In this document: positions 47,229 through 58,092 of the stretch, piece after piece
How the letters are laid out: every line of letters starts with the position of its first letter
Numbering within the stretch: position 1 is the first letter of the stretch
Source: Candidatus Eiseniibacteriota bacterium
Lineage (GTDB): Bacteria > Eisenbacteria > RBG-16-71-46
Direction of reading: 5' to 3'
DNA: 64,000 nt
NCBI GenBank assembly: GCA_963776245.1
Contig: CAVZLN010000003.1
Span: 992,001 to 1,056,000, forward strand
The notes under the pieces: generated by a model
Told to the model about the DNA's origin: nothing
Database searches by the model: none
The model's input: the letters and a program-made list of their open reading frames with translations, nothing else
Made by a program: the position numbers and the translations under genes

Positions 47229-49437
47229 ATGCCTTCCTCGTCCCGCCGCGCCGCGCGCCACGCCGCCAACAGCCGTCAGCCGCGCGTGTTCGACCCGCCC
47301 CGCCTGCCCGATGGCCATCGCGCGCCGGTCAGCGCCTACTTCGGGCGCCACACGCTCGATCTCATCAAGCTGCGCGAGCGCCTGCCGCGCGAGGCCTACC
47401 AGTCGCTGCTCGCCACGCTCCGCAACGGCACCCCGCTGGGGCGTGACACCGCGGAGACCATCGCGTCGGTGGCGCGCGAGTGGGCCACGTCCCACGGCGC
47501 CACGCACTTCACGCACTGGTTCCAGCCCATGACCGGGCTCACCGCCGAGAAGCACGACAGCTTCATCGACCTCAACGTGCAGCGCACCGGCGAGCTGAAG
47601 GTGCTCGAGCGCTTCTCGGGCTCGCAGCTCTCGCAGAGCGAGCCGGACGCCAGTTCGTTCCCGTCGGGCGGCGTGCGCAGCACGTTCGAGGCGCGCGGGT
47701 ACACCGCGTGGGACCCGTCGTCGCCGATGTTCCTGGTCGAGAGCGTGAACGGGCGGACGCTGTGCATCCCGTCGGTGTTCGTGAGCTATCACGGCGAGAG
47801 CCTCGATCACAAGACGCCGGTGCTCAAGGCGCTCGAGGCGCTCAACAAGCACGCCACCGCGTTCCTCAAGCTGCTCGGGGACGTGGACGTGCAGTCGGTG
47901 GACTCCACGCTCGGCGTCGAGCAGGAGTACTTCCTCGTCGACCGCGGGCACTTCACCCAGCGGCCGGACCTGCTGATGACCGACCGCACCTTGCTGGGCG
48001 CGGCGTCGGCGCGCGGCCAGCAGTTCGAGGACCACTACTTCGGCTCGATCCCGGGGCGCGTGCTGGCGTTCATGGAGGAGATGGAGTTCGAGCTGCACCG
48101 GCTCGGCGTGCCGGTCAAGACGCGCCACAACGAGGTGGCGCCGATGCAGTTCGAGATGGCGCCCATCTTCGAGGACGTGAACCTCGCGATCGACCACAAC
48201 GCGCTCGCCATGGACATCATGCGCAAGGTGGCGTTGCGGCACGACTTCGTGTGCGTGCTCCACGAGAAGCCATACGCCGGCATCAACGGCAGCGGCAAGC
48301 ACTGCAACTGGAGCATGGTCACCGACCGCGGCGAGAACCTGCTCGACCCGGGCCGCACCCCGCACCAGAACCTGCGCTTCCTCGCGTTCGTCGCCGCGTG
48401 CCTCAAGGGCGTGCACGACCACGCGGACGCGCTGCGCTGGTCGGTGGCCTCGGCGAACAACGACCTGCGCCTCGGCGCCAACGAGGCGCCGCCGGCCATC
48501 ATCAGCGTGTTCGTGGGCGACCTGCTCACCAAGATCATCGACCGCATCACCAGTGGCGGGAAGATCGACGATCCGGAGCACTTCGTGATCGAACTGGGCG
48601 TGGGCAAGGTGCCGCAGCTCGCCAAGGACAACACCGACCGCAACCGCACCTCGCCGTTGGCGTTCACCGGGAACAAGTTCGAGTTCCGCGCGGTCGGCAG
48701 CAGCGCGAACACGGCGCAGCCGATGATGATGCTGATCGCGGCGGTGGCCGACGCGCTGCGCGTCATGACGCCGCGCCTCGAGGCCCGGATCAAGGCCGGC
48801 GGCGGCCGCGACCAGGCGGTGCTCGAGCTGCTGCGCGAGGTGTACTCGGAGACCGCGCCGGTGCGCTTCGAGGGCAACGGGTACGCCGACGAGTGGAAGG
48901 CCGAGGCCAAGCGGCGCGGGCTGCCGAACCTGCCCGACACGCCGTCCTCGATCGAGTCGCTCGCGGGACCGGGCCGCACCGCGTTCCTGCGCGAACTGGG
49001 CATCTTCTCCGAGCGTGAGATCGCGAGCCGCTCCAACGTCGCGCTCGAGCGCTACATCAAGACCGTGCTGCTCGAGGCGGAGACCATGGTGGAGATGCTG
49101 ACCACGTTCGTGGTGCCGGCGGGCGAGAAGCAGGCCACCGCCTCGGCGGCGGCGGCGGCGGCGCTGAAGGACATCGCCGGCGCCCCGTCGCTCGAGGGCC
49201 GTGTGAAGACCGTGGCCGCGGGGCTCGGGGACGTGATCGCGAGCGTCGAAGCTCTCAAGGCGTTGCTCGCCCAGGCCGACGCCATGCACGACGAGATGAA
49301 GAAGGCCCACCTGCTCGCGCCGGGGCGTGCGTCCCGCGATGGACGAGGCCCGCGCCGCGGCGGACCGTCTCGAGCACATCGTGGACGACGAGCTGTGGGT
49401 GGTGCCCAAGTACCGCGAGATGCTGTTCGTGAAGTAG
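47229..49437 (+). CDS. glnA: Glutamine synthetase type III (frameshift at ~49323)
   Basis: HWFQPMTGLTAEKHD, EPDASSFPSGG, HNEVAPMQFE, HEKPYAGINGSGKHCNWS, DRNRTSPLAFTGNKFEFR; true end DRLEHIVDDELWVVPKYREMLFVK* in the +1 frame. Confidence 0.95.
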
Positions 49438-49452
49438 TCCGCAGCCGCGAAC

Positions 49453-49478
49453 GGGCCGGGTGCCGAGCCCGGCCCTTT
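49453..49478 (+). terminator. Intrinsic terminator-like hairpin after GSIII
   Basis: GGGCCGGG-TGCCGAG-CCCGGCCC-TTT. Confidence 0.55.
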
Positions 49479-49498
49479 GCATGCCCGGGGAGGATCGC

Positions 49499-50098
49499 AT
49501 GCCGAAACGCCGGGAGGTCGGCCGCTGTCCATGGGCGGGCGAGCAGGAGTTCTACGTGCGCTACCACGACGAGGAGTGGGGCGTGCCACTGCACGACGAC
49601 CGCGGCCTGTTCGAGTTCCTGGTCCTCGAGGGCGCGCAGGCGGGGCTCTCGTGGGCCACCATCCTCAAGAAGCGCGAGGGCTACCGCCACGCGTTCGCAG
49701 GATTCGATCCGGCGAAGGTGGCGCGCTTCGGGGCGCGCGACGTGGCGCGGCTGATGGGCGACGCCGGCATCGTGCGCAACCGGCTCAAGATCGACTCCGC
49801 GATCTCGAACGCGCGCGCGTTCCTCGAGATCCAGGCGCGCTTCGGCTCGTTCGACGCCTACATCTGGTCGTTCGTGGACGGCCGGCCGGTGGTGAACCGG
49901 TTCGAGTCGCTCAAGCAGCTCCCGCCACGGACGGAGCTCTCCGATCGCGTGAGCAAGGACCTCAAGCAGCGCGGGTTCCGCTTCGTGGGCTCCACCATCG
50001 TGTACGCCCACATGCAGGCCACCGGCATGGTGAACGACCACCTGATGACCTGCTTCCGCTGGCGCGAGTGCCAGAAGGCGGCGAAGCCGAAGCGCTGA
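49499..50098 (+). CDS. tag: DNA-3-methyladenine glycosylase I
   Basis: RCPWA...YHDEEWG, LEGAQAGLSW, IVRNRLKI, GFRFVGSTIVYAHMQATGMVNDHLMTC. Confidence 0.96.
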   Translation: MPKRREVGRCPWAGEQEFYVRYHDEEWGVPLHDDRGLFEFLVLEGAQAGLSWATILKKREGYRHAFAGFDPAKVARFGARDVARLMGDAGIVRNRLKIDSAISNARAFLEIQARFGSFDAYIWSFVDGRPVVNRFESLKQLPPRTELSDRVSKDLKQRGFRFVGSTIVYAHMQATGMVNDHLMTCFRWRECQKAAKPKR

Positions 50099-50153
50099 GC
50101 CGCCACCGCCCTCCGCGCGGCACCGGGCGCGGCCGGTCGTGTATCCTGCGCCG

Positions 50154-50954
50154 GTGCTGACGCCCTACGACCACGCCCTCGCGCTCGTTCTGGCGGTCAT
50201 CTTCCCACTGCGCGCCGCGCTGTTCGGCCTGCGGCGGCTGCGCCGCGCGCCGGTGGCGCTGCAGCCGCGCGTGCGCCGGCGGACCTACCTCGAGGCCATC
50301 GCCGTCCAGTGGACCGCCACGCTCGCGGTGCTCGGACTCTGGGTGGCGCAGGCGCGCGAGTGGGACGCGCTCGGGCTCCGGCTGCACCTCACCGGCGGAT
50401 TCGCCGCCACGGGCGTGGCGGTGGCCGCCGCGGTCGCGGTGCTGCTCGCGCAGCTCCTCGCCGCGCGCCGCAGCGACGCCGCGATGGAGCGCGTGGCCGG
50501 GCGCGTGCGTCACCTCGAGGCGATGCTCCCGCACACCGCGGGCGAGCTGCGGCTGTGGTGGGCGCTCGCTCTCACCGCGGGGATCTGCGAGGAGACGCTG
50601 TTCCGAGGCTATCTGTACGCCTACGCCCAGCACGGGATGCCCGCGGGAGTGGATCCCCGCTGGGCATTCGTGCCGGTGAGCGTGGTGTTCGGGCTCGGGC
50701 ACCTCTATCAGGGATGGCGGGGCGTGCTCACCACCGCCGGGGCCGGGGCGCTGTTCGCGATCGTGTACCTGGTCTCGGGCTCGCTGTTCCTCGGCATGTT
50801 CGCGCACGCGGTCGTGGACCTGCACGCGGGACACCTCACACACGCGGCGCTCGCGCGCACCTCCGCGCTGGCCGCGGAGCGGGCGCGGGAGCAGGCCGCG
50901 GCGCTCGAAGCCGCGCTCGCCGCGCGCCCGGCGCCGGCGGAGACTCCGCCATGA
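50154..50954 (+). CDS. CPBP (CAAX/Abi) family intramembrane metalloprotease
   Basis: GICEETLFRG, FGLGHLYQG, HAVVD. Confidence 0.9.
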   Translation: MLTPYDHALALVLAVIFPLRAALFGLRRLRRAPVALQPRVRRRTYLEAIAVQWTATLAVLGLWVAQAREWDALGLRLHLTGGFAATGVAVAAAVAVLLAQLLAARRSDAAMERVAGRVRHLEAMLPHTAGELRLWWALALTAGICEETLFRGYLYAYAQHGMPAGVDPRWAFVPVSVVFGLGHLYQGWRGVLTTAGAGALFAIVYLVSGSLFLGMFAHAVVDLHAGHLTHAALARTSALAAERAREQAAALEAALAARPAPAETPP

Positions 50955-52123
50955 GCCGCGCGTACGACGTCATCGTGGTGGGGCTCGGCGCCGCGGGCGG
51001 CGGCATCGCGGCGGAGCTGGCCGCGCGCGGGCTGCGCGTGCTCGGGCTCGACCGCTACCGCCCGCCGCACACGCACGGCTCGTCGCACGGCGAGACCCGC
51101 GTCATCCGCGAGGCCTACTTCGAGCATCCGAGCTACGTGCCGCTGCTCCAGCGCGCGTACGAGCGCTGGTCGGAACTCGAGCACCTCACGCGGCGCACGC
51201 TGTTCATGCGCACGGGCGGCCTGATGATCGGACCGCCCGACGGCACGCTGGTCGCGGGGGCGCTGCGCAGCGCCGCCACTCACGGCCTGCCCTGCGAGCT
51301 GCTCGACGCCGCGGCCCTGCACGCGCGCCACCCGGCGCTCACCCCCGACGAGGGCATGATGGCGCTCGCCGAGCCGCGGGCCGGGCTGCTGTTCGCCGAG
51401 TCGTGCGTCGGCGCCTATCTCGAGCTGGCGGCGGAGCGCGGGGCCGACCTGCATCAGGACGAGCTGGTGACGCGCTGGAGCGCCGGGTCCGGCACGGTCA
51501 CGGTCGAGACCGTGTTCGCGCGCTACTCCGCCGCGCGCCTGGTGCTGGCGGCGGGGCCGTGGATCGGGCGGCTGGCGCCCGAGCTGGCGCTCCCGCTCAC
51601 GGTCGAACGCAACGTGCAGTTCTGGTTCGAGCCCGCGGACGTGGCGCTGTTCGACCCGGCGGTGTTCCCGGTGTTCATCCTCGAATACGCGCGCGACCGG
51701 TTCTGCTACGGTTTCCCGGCGATCGCGGGCGCGGTGAAGGTGGCCCGTCACGGCTCGGGCGAGGTCGCCGATCCCGACCATCCGCGGCGCACGGTGGACG
51801 CGGACGAGATCGAGTCGCTGCGCGTGCTGCTGCGCCGCTTCGTGCCGGGCGCCGACGGACGCCTGCGCCGCACCGAGTCGTGCCTGTATACCAACGCGCC
51901 CGACGGCCATTTCGTGCTCGGCCGCCATCCGGAGCACGAGGAAGTGACCATCGCGAGCGCGTGCTCGGGGCACGGCTTCAAGTTCTCGAGCGTGCTGGGC
52001 GAGATCGTCGCCGACCTCGCGCTCACCGGACGCTCACGGTTCGACATCAGTCGTTTCGCGCTTGCGCGGTTCGGCCGCGCGAGCGACCCTCCGGGCGCTC
52101 TCCAGGAAGGAAGCCCATCATGA
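50951..52123 (+). CDS. solA: N-methyl-L-tryptophan oxidase / monomeric sarcosine oxidase
   Basis: YDVIVVGLGAAG, HGSSHGETRVIREAYFE, CLYTNAPDGHF, CSGHGFKF. Confidence 0.92.
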   Translation: MSRAYDVIVVGLGAAGGGIAAELAARGLRVLGLDRYRPPHTHGSSHGETRVIREAYFEHPSYVPLLQRAYERWSELEHLTRRTLFMRTGGLMIGPPDGTLVAGALRSAATHGLPCELLDAAALHARHPALTPDEGMMALAEPRAGLLFAESCVGAYLELAAERGADLHQDELVTRWSAGSGTVTVETVFARYSAARLVLAAGPWIGRLAPELALPLTVERNVQFWFEPADVALFDPAVFPVFILEYARDRFCYGFPAIAGAVKVARHGSGEVADPDHPRRTVDADEIESLRVLLRRFVPGADGRLRRTESCLYTNAPDGHFVLGRHPEHEEVTIASACSGHGFKFSSVLGEIVADLALTGRSRFDISRFALARFGRASDPPGALQEGSPS

Positions 52124-53475
52124 TCCGCCGCCGATCGCAGGGCGTTCTGGCCCTCATGCTCCTCGCCCTGCTCGCGCTCTCGTGCGCGACCTCCCAGCAG
52201 CTCACCCGGCGCAGCGAGAAGCTGCTGATGCAGGGCGACGCGCGGCGCGCGTACGACGCCGCGGTGGACGCGCTCGAGAAGGACGGGCACAACGAGCCGG
52301 CGCGCGCCGCGCTGGGCCGGGCGGGGGCCGCCCTGTACGCCGACTCGCGGGCGCGCTTCGACGCCCTGATCCCGGACGACACCCTGGGCGCGGCCCGCTT
52401 GGCACTCGACGTCGAGCGCCTGCTCGCGGACCTGGCGCGGTGGCGCGCCAGCCTGCCCGAGGACCCCGAGTTCGCGGCCGAGCGGCAGCGGGCGAAGGAC
52501 GCGGCGGCGGACGGGCTCATCCAGGCCGCGGACGACAGCCTGCACGCGCGGCGGCCGCGCGCGGCGTACCGCCTGCTCGAGCAGGCGGTGCCGTTCGCGC
52601 CCAAGCGCCGCGATCTCGACACCCGGCTGACGCGCGCGTTCGACCTGGCGGTGGACCGCGTGGCCGTGCTGCCGCTCGACGATCAGACCGGCCAGCCCGC
52701 GCTCTCGCGCGAGGTCGCCGACCGCCTGGCGGGCGCGCTGCGGGCGCGCATCGCCGCGCGCAAGCTGGAGTTCACCCGGCTGGTGGAGCCGGCGAAGGTG
52801 TACGGACGGATGACGGTGGCCCAGCTCGACGAGCTGTCGCGCGACGGGGCCATCGCGCTCGGGCGCGAGGTTGGCGCGACCGTCGTGGTGTATGGCCGCA
52901 TCCGCGACGCGGGGTCGGACACCTACACCACGCACTACCGCGAGCCGATCTGGCACCGCGTGGTCACGCGCGGAGCCGCGGGGGAGCAGGTCGAGCGCTG
53001 GGAGCAGGTGCCGTTCGAGACCGTGGTGCGGGAGCGCGTCTTCCATCTGCGCTGGGACCTGCGCCTGCTCTCCACCGACGACGAGAACGTCCTCGACGAG
53101 CGCAGCGAACCGCGCGAGGTGCGGGCGCGCACCGTGTGGACCAGCTTCCGCCCCGAGGACGACCCGGCGAACTACGCGCTGGTCGCTCCCGAGGAGCGCC
53201 GCAGCGGGTCCGAGCGTGTCGCGCGGGTCGAGAAAGAATGGTCCGCGGCCGCCGGCAAGTGGACCGTGCCCAAGCTGCTGGAGCGCGCGAAGGCGTCCAA
53301 CGTCTCGGCGCGCTCGACCTACCGCCACGAGTACCGCGGCGAGTTCGAGCACCGCGACCCCGGGATGCCGGTGTTCCTCGGCGACCTGCCGGGCAACGAC
53401 GACCTCGCCTGGCTGGCGCTGCGCGACATCGACGGCGCCTTCCTGGAGATGATCGAGGCGCTGGACCGCCGGTGA
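52120..53475 (+). CDS. Lipoprotein with TPR-like helices and a CsgG/TolB-N-like domain
   Basis: Lipobox LALSC; RVAVLPLDDQTG...ALGREVGATVVVYGRI; ATGA-coupled to solA. Confidence 0.65.
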   Translation: MIRRRSQGVLALMLLALLALSCATSQQLTRRSEKLLMQGDARRAYDAAVDALEKDGHNEPARAALGRAGAALYADSRARFDALIPDDTLGAARLALDVERLLADLARWRASLPEDPEFAAERQRAKDAAADGLIQAADDSLHARRPRAAYRLLEQAVPFAPKRRDLDTRLTRAFDLAVDRVAVLPLDDQTGQPALSREVADRLAGALRARIAARKLEFTRLVEPAKVYGRMTVAQLDELSRDGAIALGREVGATVVVYGRIRDAGSDTYTTHYREPIWHRVVTRGAAGEQVERWEQVPFETVVRERVFHLRWDLRLLSTDDENVLDERSEPREVRARTVWTSFRPEDDPANYALVAPEERRSGSERVARVEKEWSAAAGKWTVPKLLERAKASNVSARSTYRHEYRGEFEHRDPGMPVFLGDLPGNDDLAWLALRDIDGAFLEMIEALDRR

Positions 53476-54875
53476 GCCACTCCGCGCGCCCGCTGCCCGC
53501 GGAGACCGACCCGCCGATCCCGCGGGCGCTGGTGCGGCTGGCGCTGCCGGTGCTGGCCTCGCAGGTGCTGCGCATCGCGTTCCAGTGGGTGGACGCGCTG
53601 TGGGTGCGCGGGCTCGGCGTCGAGGCCACCGCCGCGGTGACCTCGTCGGTGTTCGTGATGTGGTGGGTGTACGCGCTCAACGACGTGTTCGCCATCGGCG
53701 TCACCGCCTACGTGAGCCAGTTGCTCGGCGCCGGAGAACGCGCGCGCGCCGGCCACGCGGCATGGAAGGGCGTGCGCGCCTCCGCCCTGATGGGCCTCAT
53801 CGCCACGGTCGCCGGGCTGCTGTGGGCGCGCGACCTCTACCGCCTGATGGGTGGCGACGCGCGCGTGGTCGAGCAGGGCGGGCGCTACCTCTCGGTGGTG
53901 CTGGCGTTCGCGCCGGTGCCGATGGTGGCACTCACCTGCGAGAGCATCATGCGGGCCGCGGGCGACACACGCACGCCGCTGCTGCTCGACCTCGGCGCGG
54001 TGGCGCTCAACGCGGTGCTCGCGCCGCTCCTCATCTACGGTCCGGGCCGCCTGCCCGCGCTCGGCGTGGCCGGCGCGGCGTGGGCCACCGTGGCCTCGCA
54101 GGCGCTGCTCGCCGCCAGCTACCTGCTGCTCGCGCGGCGCGGCCACCCGGCGATGCCGCTGGCGCGCCGCGCCGCGGGGCCGTCGGTGCGGGTCGCGGCC
54201 ATGGCGCGCGTCGGACTGCCGACCGCGCTCTCGGGGACGCTGTGGTCGCTGGTGTACCTGGCGTTCGCGCGTGCCGCGGCCCCGCAGGGCGCCGCCGCGC
54301 TCGCGGTGATCGGGGTCTCGAACCGCATCGAGGCGCTGGTGTTCGTGTGCGCGATCGCCACCGGGCTCGCGGGCGCGGCGCTGGTGGGGCAGAGCCTCGG
54401 CGCCGGACGGCCGGAGCGCGCGGTCGCGGTGGTGCGCACCGCGGTGGTGTGGATGGGGTGGCTCTCGCTGGCGATCTCGGCCGCGGTGTTCGCGCTGCCC
54501 GCCGGCTTCCTCGGGCTGTTCTCGCGCGATCCGGAGGTCTTAAGGATCGGCACGCCCTACCTGCGCGTGCTCGCGCTCTGTTTCGTGCCCTCCGGGGTCG
54601 AGCTGGTGGTGGCCCAGAGCATCCAGGGCTCGGGGCACACCGTCGCGGTGTCGGCGATCTACACCGTGACCTCGCTGGTTCGCATCCCGCTCGCGTTCCT
54701 GGCCGCGCGCACGTGGGGGATGGGGGTCACCGGCATCGCGTGGGTGATCACCGTGACCTGCGTGATCCGCACCGCGGTGCTGCTGGCCTGGGTGGCGCGT
54801 GGCACCTGGACCCGTGGGCTGGCGCGCGAGCTGCGCGGCGCCTCCGCGCTCTCCGAGCGGCCCGAGTCGTCGTGA
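53472..54875 (+). CDS. MATE family efflux transporter
   Basis: LVRLALPV, WVDALWV, MRAAGDTRTPL, LGVAGAAWAT, VGQSLGAG. Confidence 0.92.
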   Translation: MSHSARPLPAETDPPIPRALVRLALPVLASQVLRIAFQWVDALWVRGLGVEATAAVTSSVFVMWWVYALNDVFAIGVTAYVSQLLGAGERARAGHAAWKGVRASALMGLIATVAGLLWARDLYRLMGGDARVVEQGGRYLSVVLAFAPVPMVALTCESIMRAAGDTRTPLLLDLGAVALNAVLAPLLIYGPGRLPALGVAGAAWATVASQALLAASYLLLARRGHPAMPLARRAAGPSVRVAAMARVGLPTALSGTLWSLVYLAFARAAAPQGAAALAVIGVSNRIEALVFVCAIATGLAGAALVGQSLGAGRPERAVAVVRTAVVWMGWLSLAISAAVFALPAGFLGLFSRDPEVLRIGTPYLRVLALCFVPSGVELVVAQSIQGSGHTVAVSAIYTVTSLVRIPLAFLAARTWGMGVTGIAWVITVTCVIRTAVLLAWVARGTWTRGLARELRGASALSERPESS

Positions 54876-54948
54876 TAGACTGCGCCCCGTCGTCCGCGCG
54901 CGGCGCCCGACGCGTCCCGCGCTCCCCCGCACCGGAGCAGGCCCGCGC

Positions 54949-56163
54949 ATGAAGAGCGACTACCAGTACATCGTCGTCGGGGGCGGCATCGCCGGCGCCT
55001 CGGCGGTCGAAGGCATCCGCGCGCACGACCGCGAGGGCTCGATCCTGCTGGTCTCGCGCGAGAACAGCGCGCCCTATCGCCGCCCGCCGCTGACCAAGGA
55101 CCTGTGGTCGGGCAAGACCCGGGTGGACGCGATCTCGGTGCACGAGGACTCGTTCTACCCCGCGAACGGCGTGGACCTGCTGCTGCGGCGCGACATCGTC
55201 GAGCTCGACCCGGTGCAGAACCGCATCTGGGACGACCGCGACACGTCGTTCCGCTACGAGCGGCTGCTGCTCGCGACCGGTGGGCGGCCGCGGCTGCTGG
55301 ACCTGCGCGGCGAGCAGGGCGAGTGCGTGCAGTACTTCCGGTCGCTCGAGGACTACCTGGTGCTCGCGGGACGCCTCGACCAGTTCCAGCACGCGCTGAT
55401 CGTGGGCGGCGGGTTCATCGGCATGGAGCTGGCCGCCGCGCTCGCCACCGCGGGCAAGGAGGTCACGCTGCTCGACAAGGGCGAGTACCCGCTCGCGCGC
55501 GTGCTCCCGCGCGAACTGGGACTGATGATCGCCGACTACTACCGCGAGCGGGGCGTCGAGACCGTGTCGAACCAGAGCGTGGCGGCGGTGGAGCGCGGGC
55601 AGGGGCTGATGCACGTGCGCACCACCACCGGCGACGAGGTGACCACCCAGATGGTGCTGGCGGGCGTGGGCATCGAGCCCCAGGACGAACTGGCCGAGGC
55701 CGGCGGGCTCGAGATCACCGATGGGATCGCGGTGGACGAGTTCGCCCGCACCACCGATCCCTACGTGTACGCCGCCGGGGACGTGGCGGAGTTCCCCTAC
55801 CTGGCGCTCGGCATGCGCGTGCGCATCGGCCACGAGGACCACTCCATCCACCACGGCCGCGCCGCCGGCGCGAACATGGCCGGCGCCCGGCGGCCCTACG
55901 ACCACCTGCCGATGTTCTACGGCGACCTGTTCGACCTCGGCTTCGAGGCGGTGGGCGAGGTGGACGCGCACCTCGACACCGACGCGGTGTGGAAGGACGA
56001 ACACCGCGACGGCGTGGTGTTCTATCTGCGGGACGACGTGGTGCGCGGCGCGCTGCTGTGGGGCCGCTTCGGGCACGTGGACTGGGCGCGCGAGATCATC
56101 CGTGCCGCGAAGCCGACGACGCACGACGAGCGCGTGCGGATGGCGGAGCAGGCCGGGGCGTGA
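54949..56163 (+). CDS. FAD/NAD(P)-dependent oxidoreductase (ferredoxin reductase/AIF-like)
   Basis: YIVVGGGIAG, PYRRPPLTK, LLLATGG, IVGGGFIGMELA, VYAAGDVA. Confidence 0.92.
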   Translation: MKSDYQYIVVGGGIAGASAVEGIRAHDREGSILLVSRENSAPYRRPPLTKDLWSGKTRVDAISVHEDSFYPANGVDLLLRRDIVELDPVQNRIWDDRDTSFRYERLLLATGGRPRLLDLRGEQGECVQYFRSLEDYLVLAGRLDQFQHALIVGGGFIGMELAAALATAGKEVTLLDKGEYPLARVLPRELGLMIADYYRERGVETVSNQSVAAVERGQGLMHVRTTTGDEVTTQMVLAGVGIEPQDELAEAGGLEITDGIAVDEFARTTDPYVYAAGDVAEFPYLALGMRVRIGHEDHSIHHGRAAGANMAGARRPYDHLPMFYGDLFDLGFEAVGEVDAHLDTDAVWKDEHRDGVVFYLRDDVVRGALLWGRFGHVDWAREIIRAAKPTTHDERVRMAEQAGA

Positions 56164-56185
56164 CGCCGCGCGTGGGAGGACCTCG

Positions 56186-57907
56186 TTGATCCGCCTCCGG
56201 CCCGCCACGCTCGCGCTGTGGCTCATCGTCCTGCTGGCGCTGGGCCTGCGCCTCTGGGGCATCGCGTTCGGGCTGCCGCACAACCTCTGCCGGCCCGACG
56301 AGGAGCAGATCGTCTCGATCGCGATCAAGTTCTTCCGCGGAGACCTCAACCCGCACATCTTCTACTACCCGACGCTCTACATGTACGTGCTGGCGGTGCT
56401 CTACGGGATCCACATGGGGTTCCAGATGCTGTTCTTCGGCGCCACGCGGGACGATCTCCTGCTGCGGCTGGCGACCGATCCGACCCACTACCACGTGATC
56501 ATCCGCTGTCTGAGCGCGGTGTGCGGGGCGCTGACCGTCCCGGCGATCTACCTCATCGCCGAGCGTCTGCGCGGGCGCGCCACCGCGCTGGCCGCCGCCG
56601 GGCTGATGGCGGTGTCCTACCTGCACGTCCGGGACTCGCACTTCGGAGCCACCGACATCGCGATGGTGTGCCTGCTCTGCTGGGCCCTGCTGTACGCGCT
56701 GAAGGGTCGCGAGGAGGGCGGGGCGCGCCACCTGACCACCTCGGCCGTGCTGTGCGGGCTCGCGGCCTCCACCAAGTACAACGCGTTCCTGCTGCTGCTG
56801 CCGGTGACGGTGGACTGCGTGGTGCGGGCGTGGCGCGCGCCGGGCGGCCGGAGCGACTGGCTGCGCAGCACGCTGCTCAACCGCGCGGCGTGGACCTACG
56901 GCGCGATCGTGGTGGTGGTGTTCATCCTCGGCACGCCCTTCTCGGTGCTCGACCGGAGCAGCTTCCTGCGCGACGTGATCTGGCAGCGGGAGCATCTGGC
57001 GCACGGGCACGGGGCGGACCTCGGGCTGGGGTTCCTCCACCACATCCGGTACACGCTGCCCTACGGCGTCGGCTGGCCGGTGCTCATCCTGGCGGCGATC
57101 GGGGTGGTCGCGGAGATCCGGCGCGACCTGCGCCGCGCCGCCCTGGTGTTCATCTTCCCGCTGCTCTACTACTTCATCCTCGGAAGCGGGAAGACGGTCT
57201 TCCTGCGCTACATGGACCCGATGCCGCCGTTCCTCGTGCTGGGTGCGGCGCTGGGGATCGCCGCCCTCGCGGGGCTGCGGCCCGCCCGCATCCCGCCCGC
57301 GCTCGCCACCGCGGCGCTCGCGCTGCTCGTCGGACTGCCGTCGCTCGACTCGGACGTCCGGATGGACCGCCTGCTGGCGCGCACCGACAACCGCCTGGTG
57401 GCGGCGCGCTGGGTCGAGGAGAACATCCCGGCGGGCAGCACCATCTACCAGACCGGATCGCAGTACGGACGGCTCCAGCTTCCGCTCTCGGCCGGATCGC
57501 TCGAGCGGAGACTGAAGGTCCAGAAGGAGAAGGGCGGGATGGGCACCCTGCTGGAGATCCAGCTCGACCTCGCGCGACGGCCCGGCGCGAAGCGCGGCTA
57601 CGAAGAGTGGGTGTTCGAGGGGGCACGCTCGCTCGCCCGCCGGGACTCTCTGCCGGAGGTGGTCATCGTGCAGCGGAGCCCCATCGTCCGGGAGGGGTAC
57701 GTGCGACCGGAGATCTCCCGGCTGCTGGCGGAGGAGTACTCGCTGATGCACTCCCTGAGCACCGAGCGAGCCGGCCGGCCGGCGGGCTGGTACGACCAGC
57801 AGGACGCCTTCTTCGTGCCCTTCGTGGGGCTGGACTCCGTGGAGCGGCCGGGGCCCTCGGTCGACATCTATCGGAGGCGTTCCGGCCCGGTCATCAGGGC
57901 TTCGTGA
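56186..57907 (+). CDS. GT-C glycosyltransferase (GT39/ArnT-like)
   Basis: LRLWGIAFGLP...RPDE...NPHIFYYPTL; SHFGATD; GLAASTKYN; TTG start after GGAGGA. Confidence 0.85.
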   Translation: MIRLRPATLALWLIVLLALGLRLWGIAFGLPHNLCRPDEEQIVSIAIKFFRGDLNPHIFYYPTLYMYVLAVLYGIHMGFQMLFFGATRDDLLLRLATDPTHYHVIIRCLSAVCGALTVPAIYLIAERLRGRATALAAAGLMAVSYLHVRDSHFGATDIAMVCLLCWALLYALKGREEGGARHLTTSAVLCGLAASTKYNAFLLLLPVTVDCVVRAWRAPGGRSDWLRSTLLNRAAWTYGAIVVVVFILGTPFSVLDRSSFLRDVIWQREHLAHGHGADLGLGFLHHIRYTLPYGVGWPVLILAAIGVVAEIRRDLRRAALVFIFPLLYYFILGSGKTVFLRYMDPMPPFLVLGAALGIAALAGLRPARIPPALATAALALLVGLPSLDSDVRMDRLLARTDNRLVAARWVEENIPAGSTIYQTGSQYGRLQLPLSAGSLERRLKVQKEKGGMGTLLEIQLDLARRPGAKRGYEEWVFEGARSLARRDSLPEVVIVQRSPIVREGYVRPEISRLLAEEYSLMHSLSTERAGRPAGWYDQQDAFFVPFVGLDSVERPGPSVDIYRRRSGPVIRAS

Positions 57908-58092
57908 GGAATGACGCCCGTGGCGGATTCCCGGCGGCAGGCGGGCCCGAAGCGCGGTATGATGCCGGGGAGCCGAGCGACTCTCGAGCGCAGGTGTTGC
58001 CTTTCGCGATGCTCGCGAAGCGAAAGCGCACGAACCCGCGCCGCCGCTCATCGGGACCGATGACCCGGACGGGCCGTGGACGCCCCGCTGCG

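Noticed and set aside
46536..49589. 1017 aa minus-strand ORF (similar cases: 8685-10592, 38368-41358, 16928-19465, 36094-38220)
   Set aside because: Antisense shadows of well-supported genes; long stop-free frames are expected at this GC content and carry no recognisable motifs.
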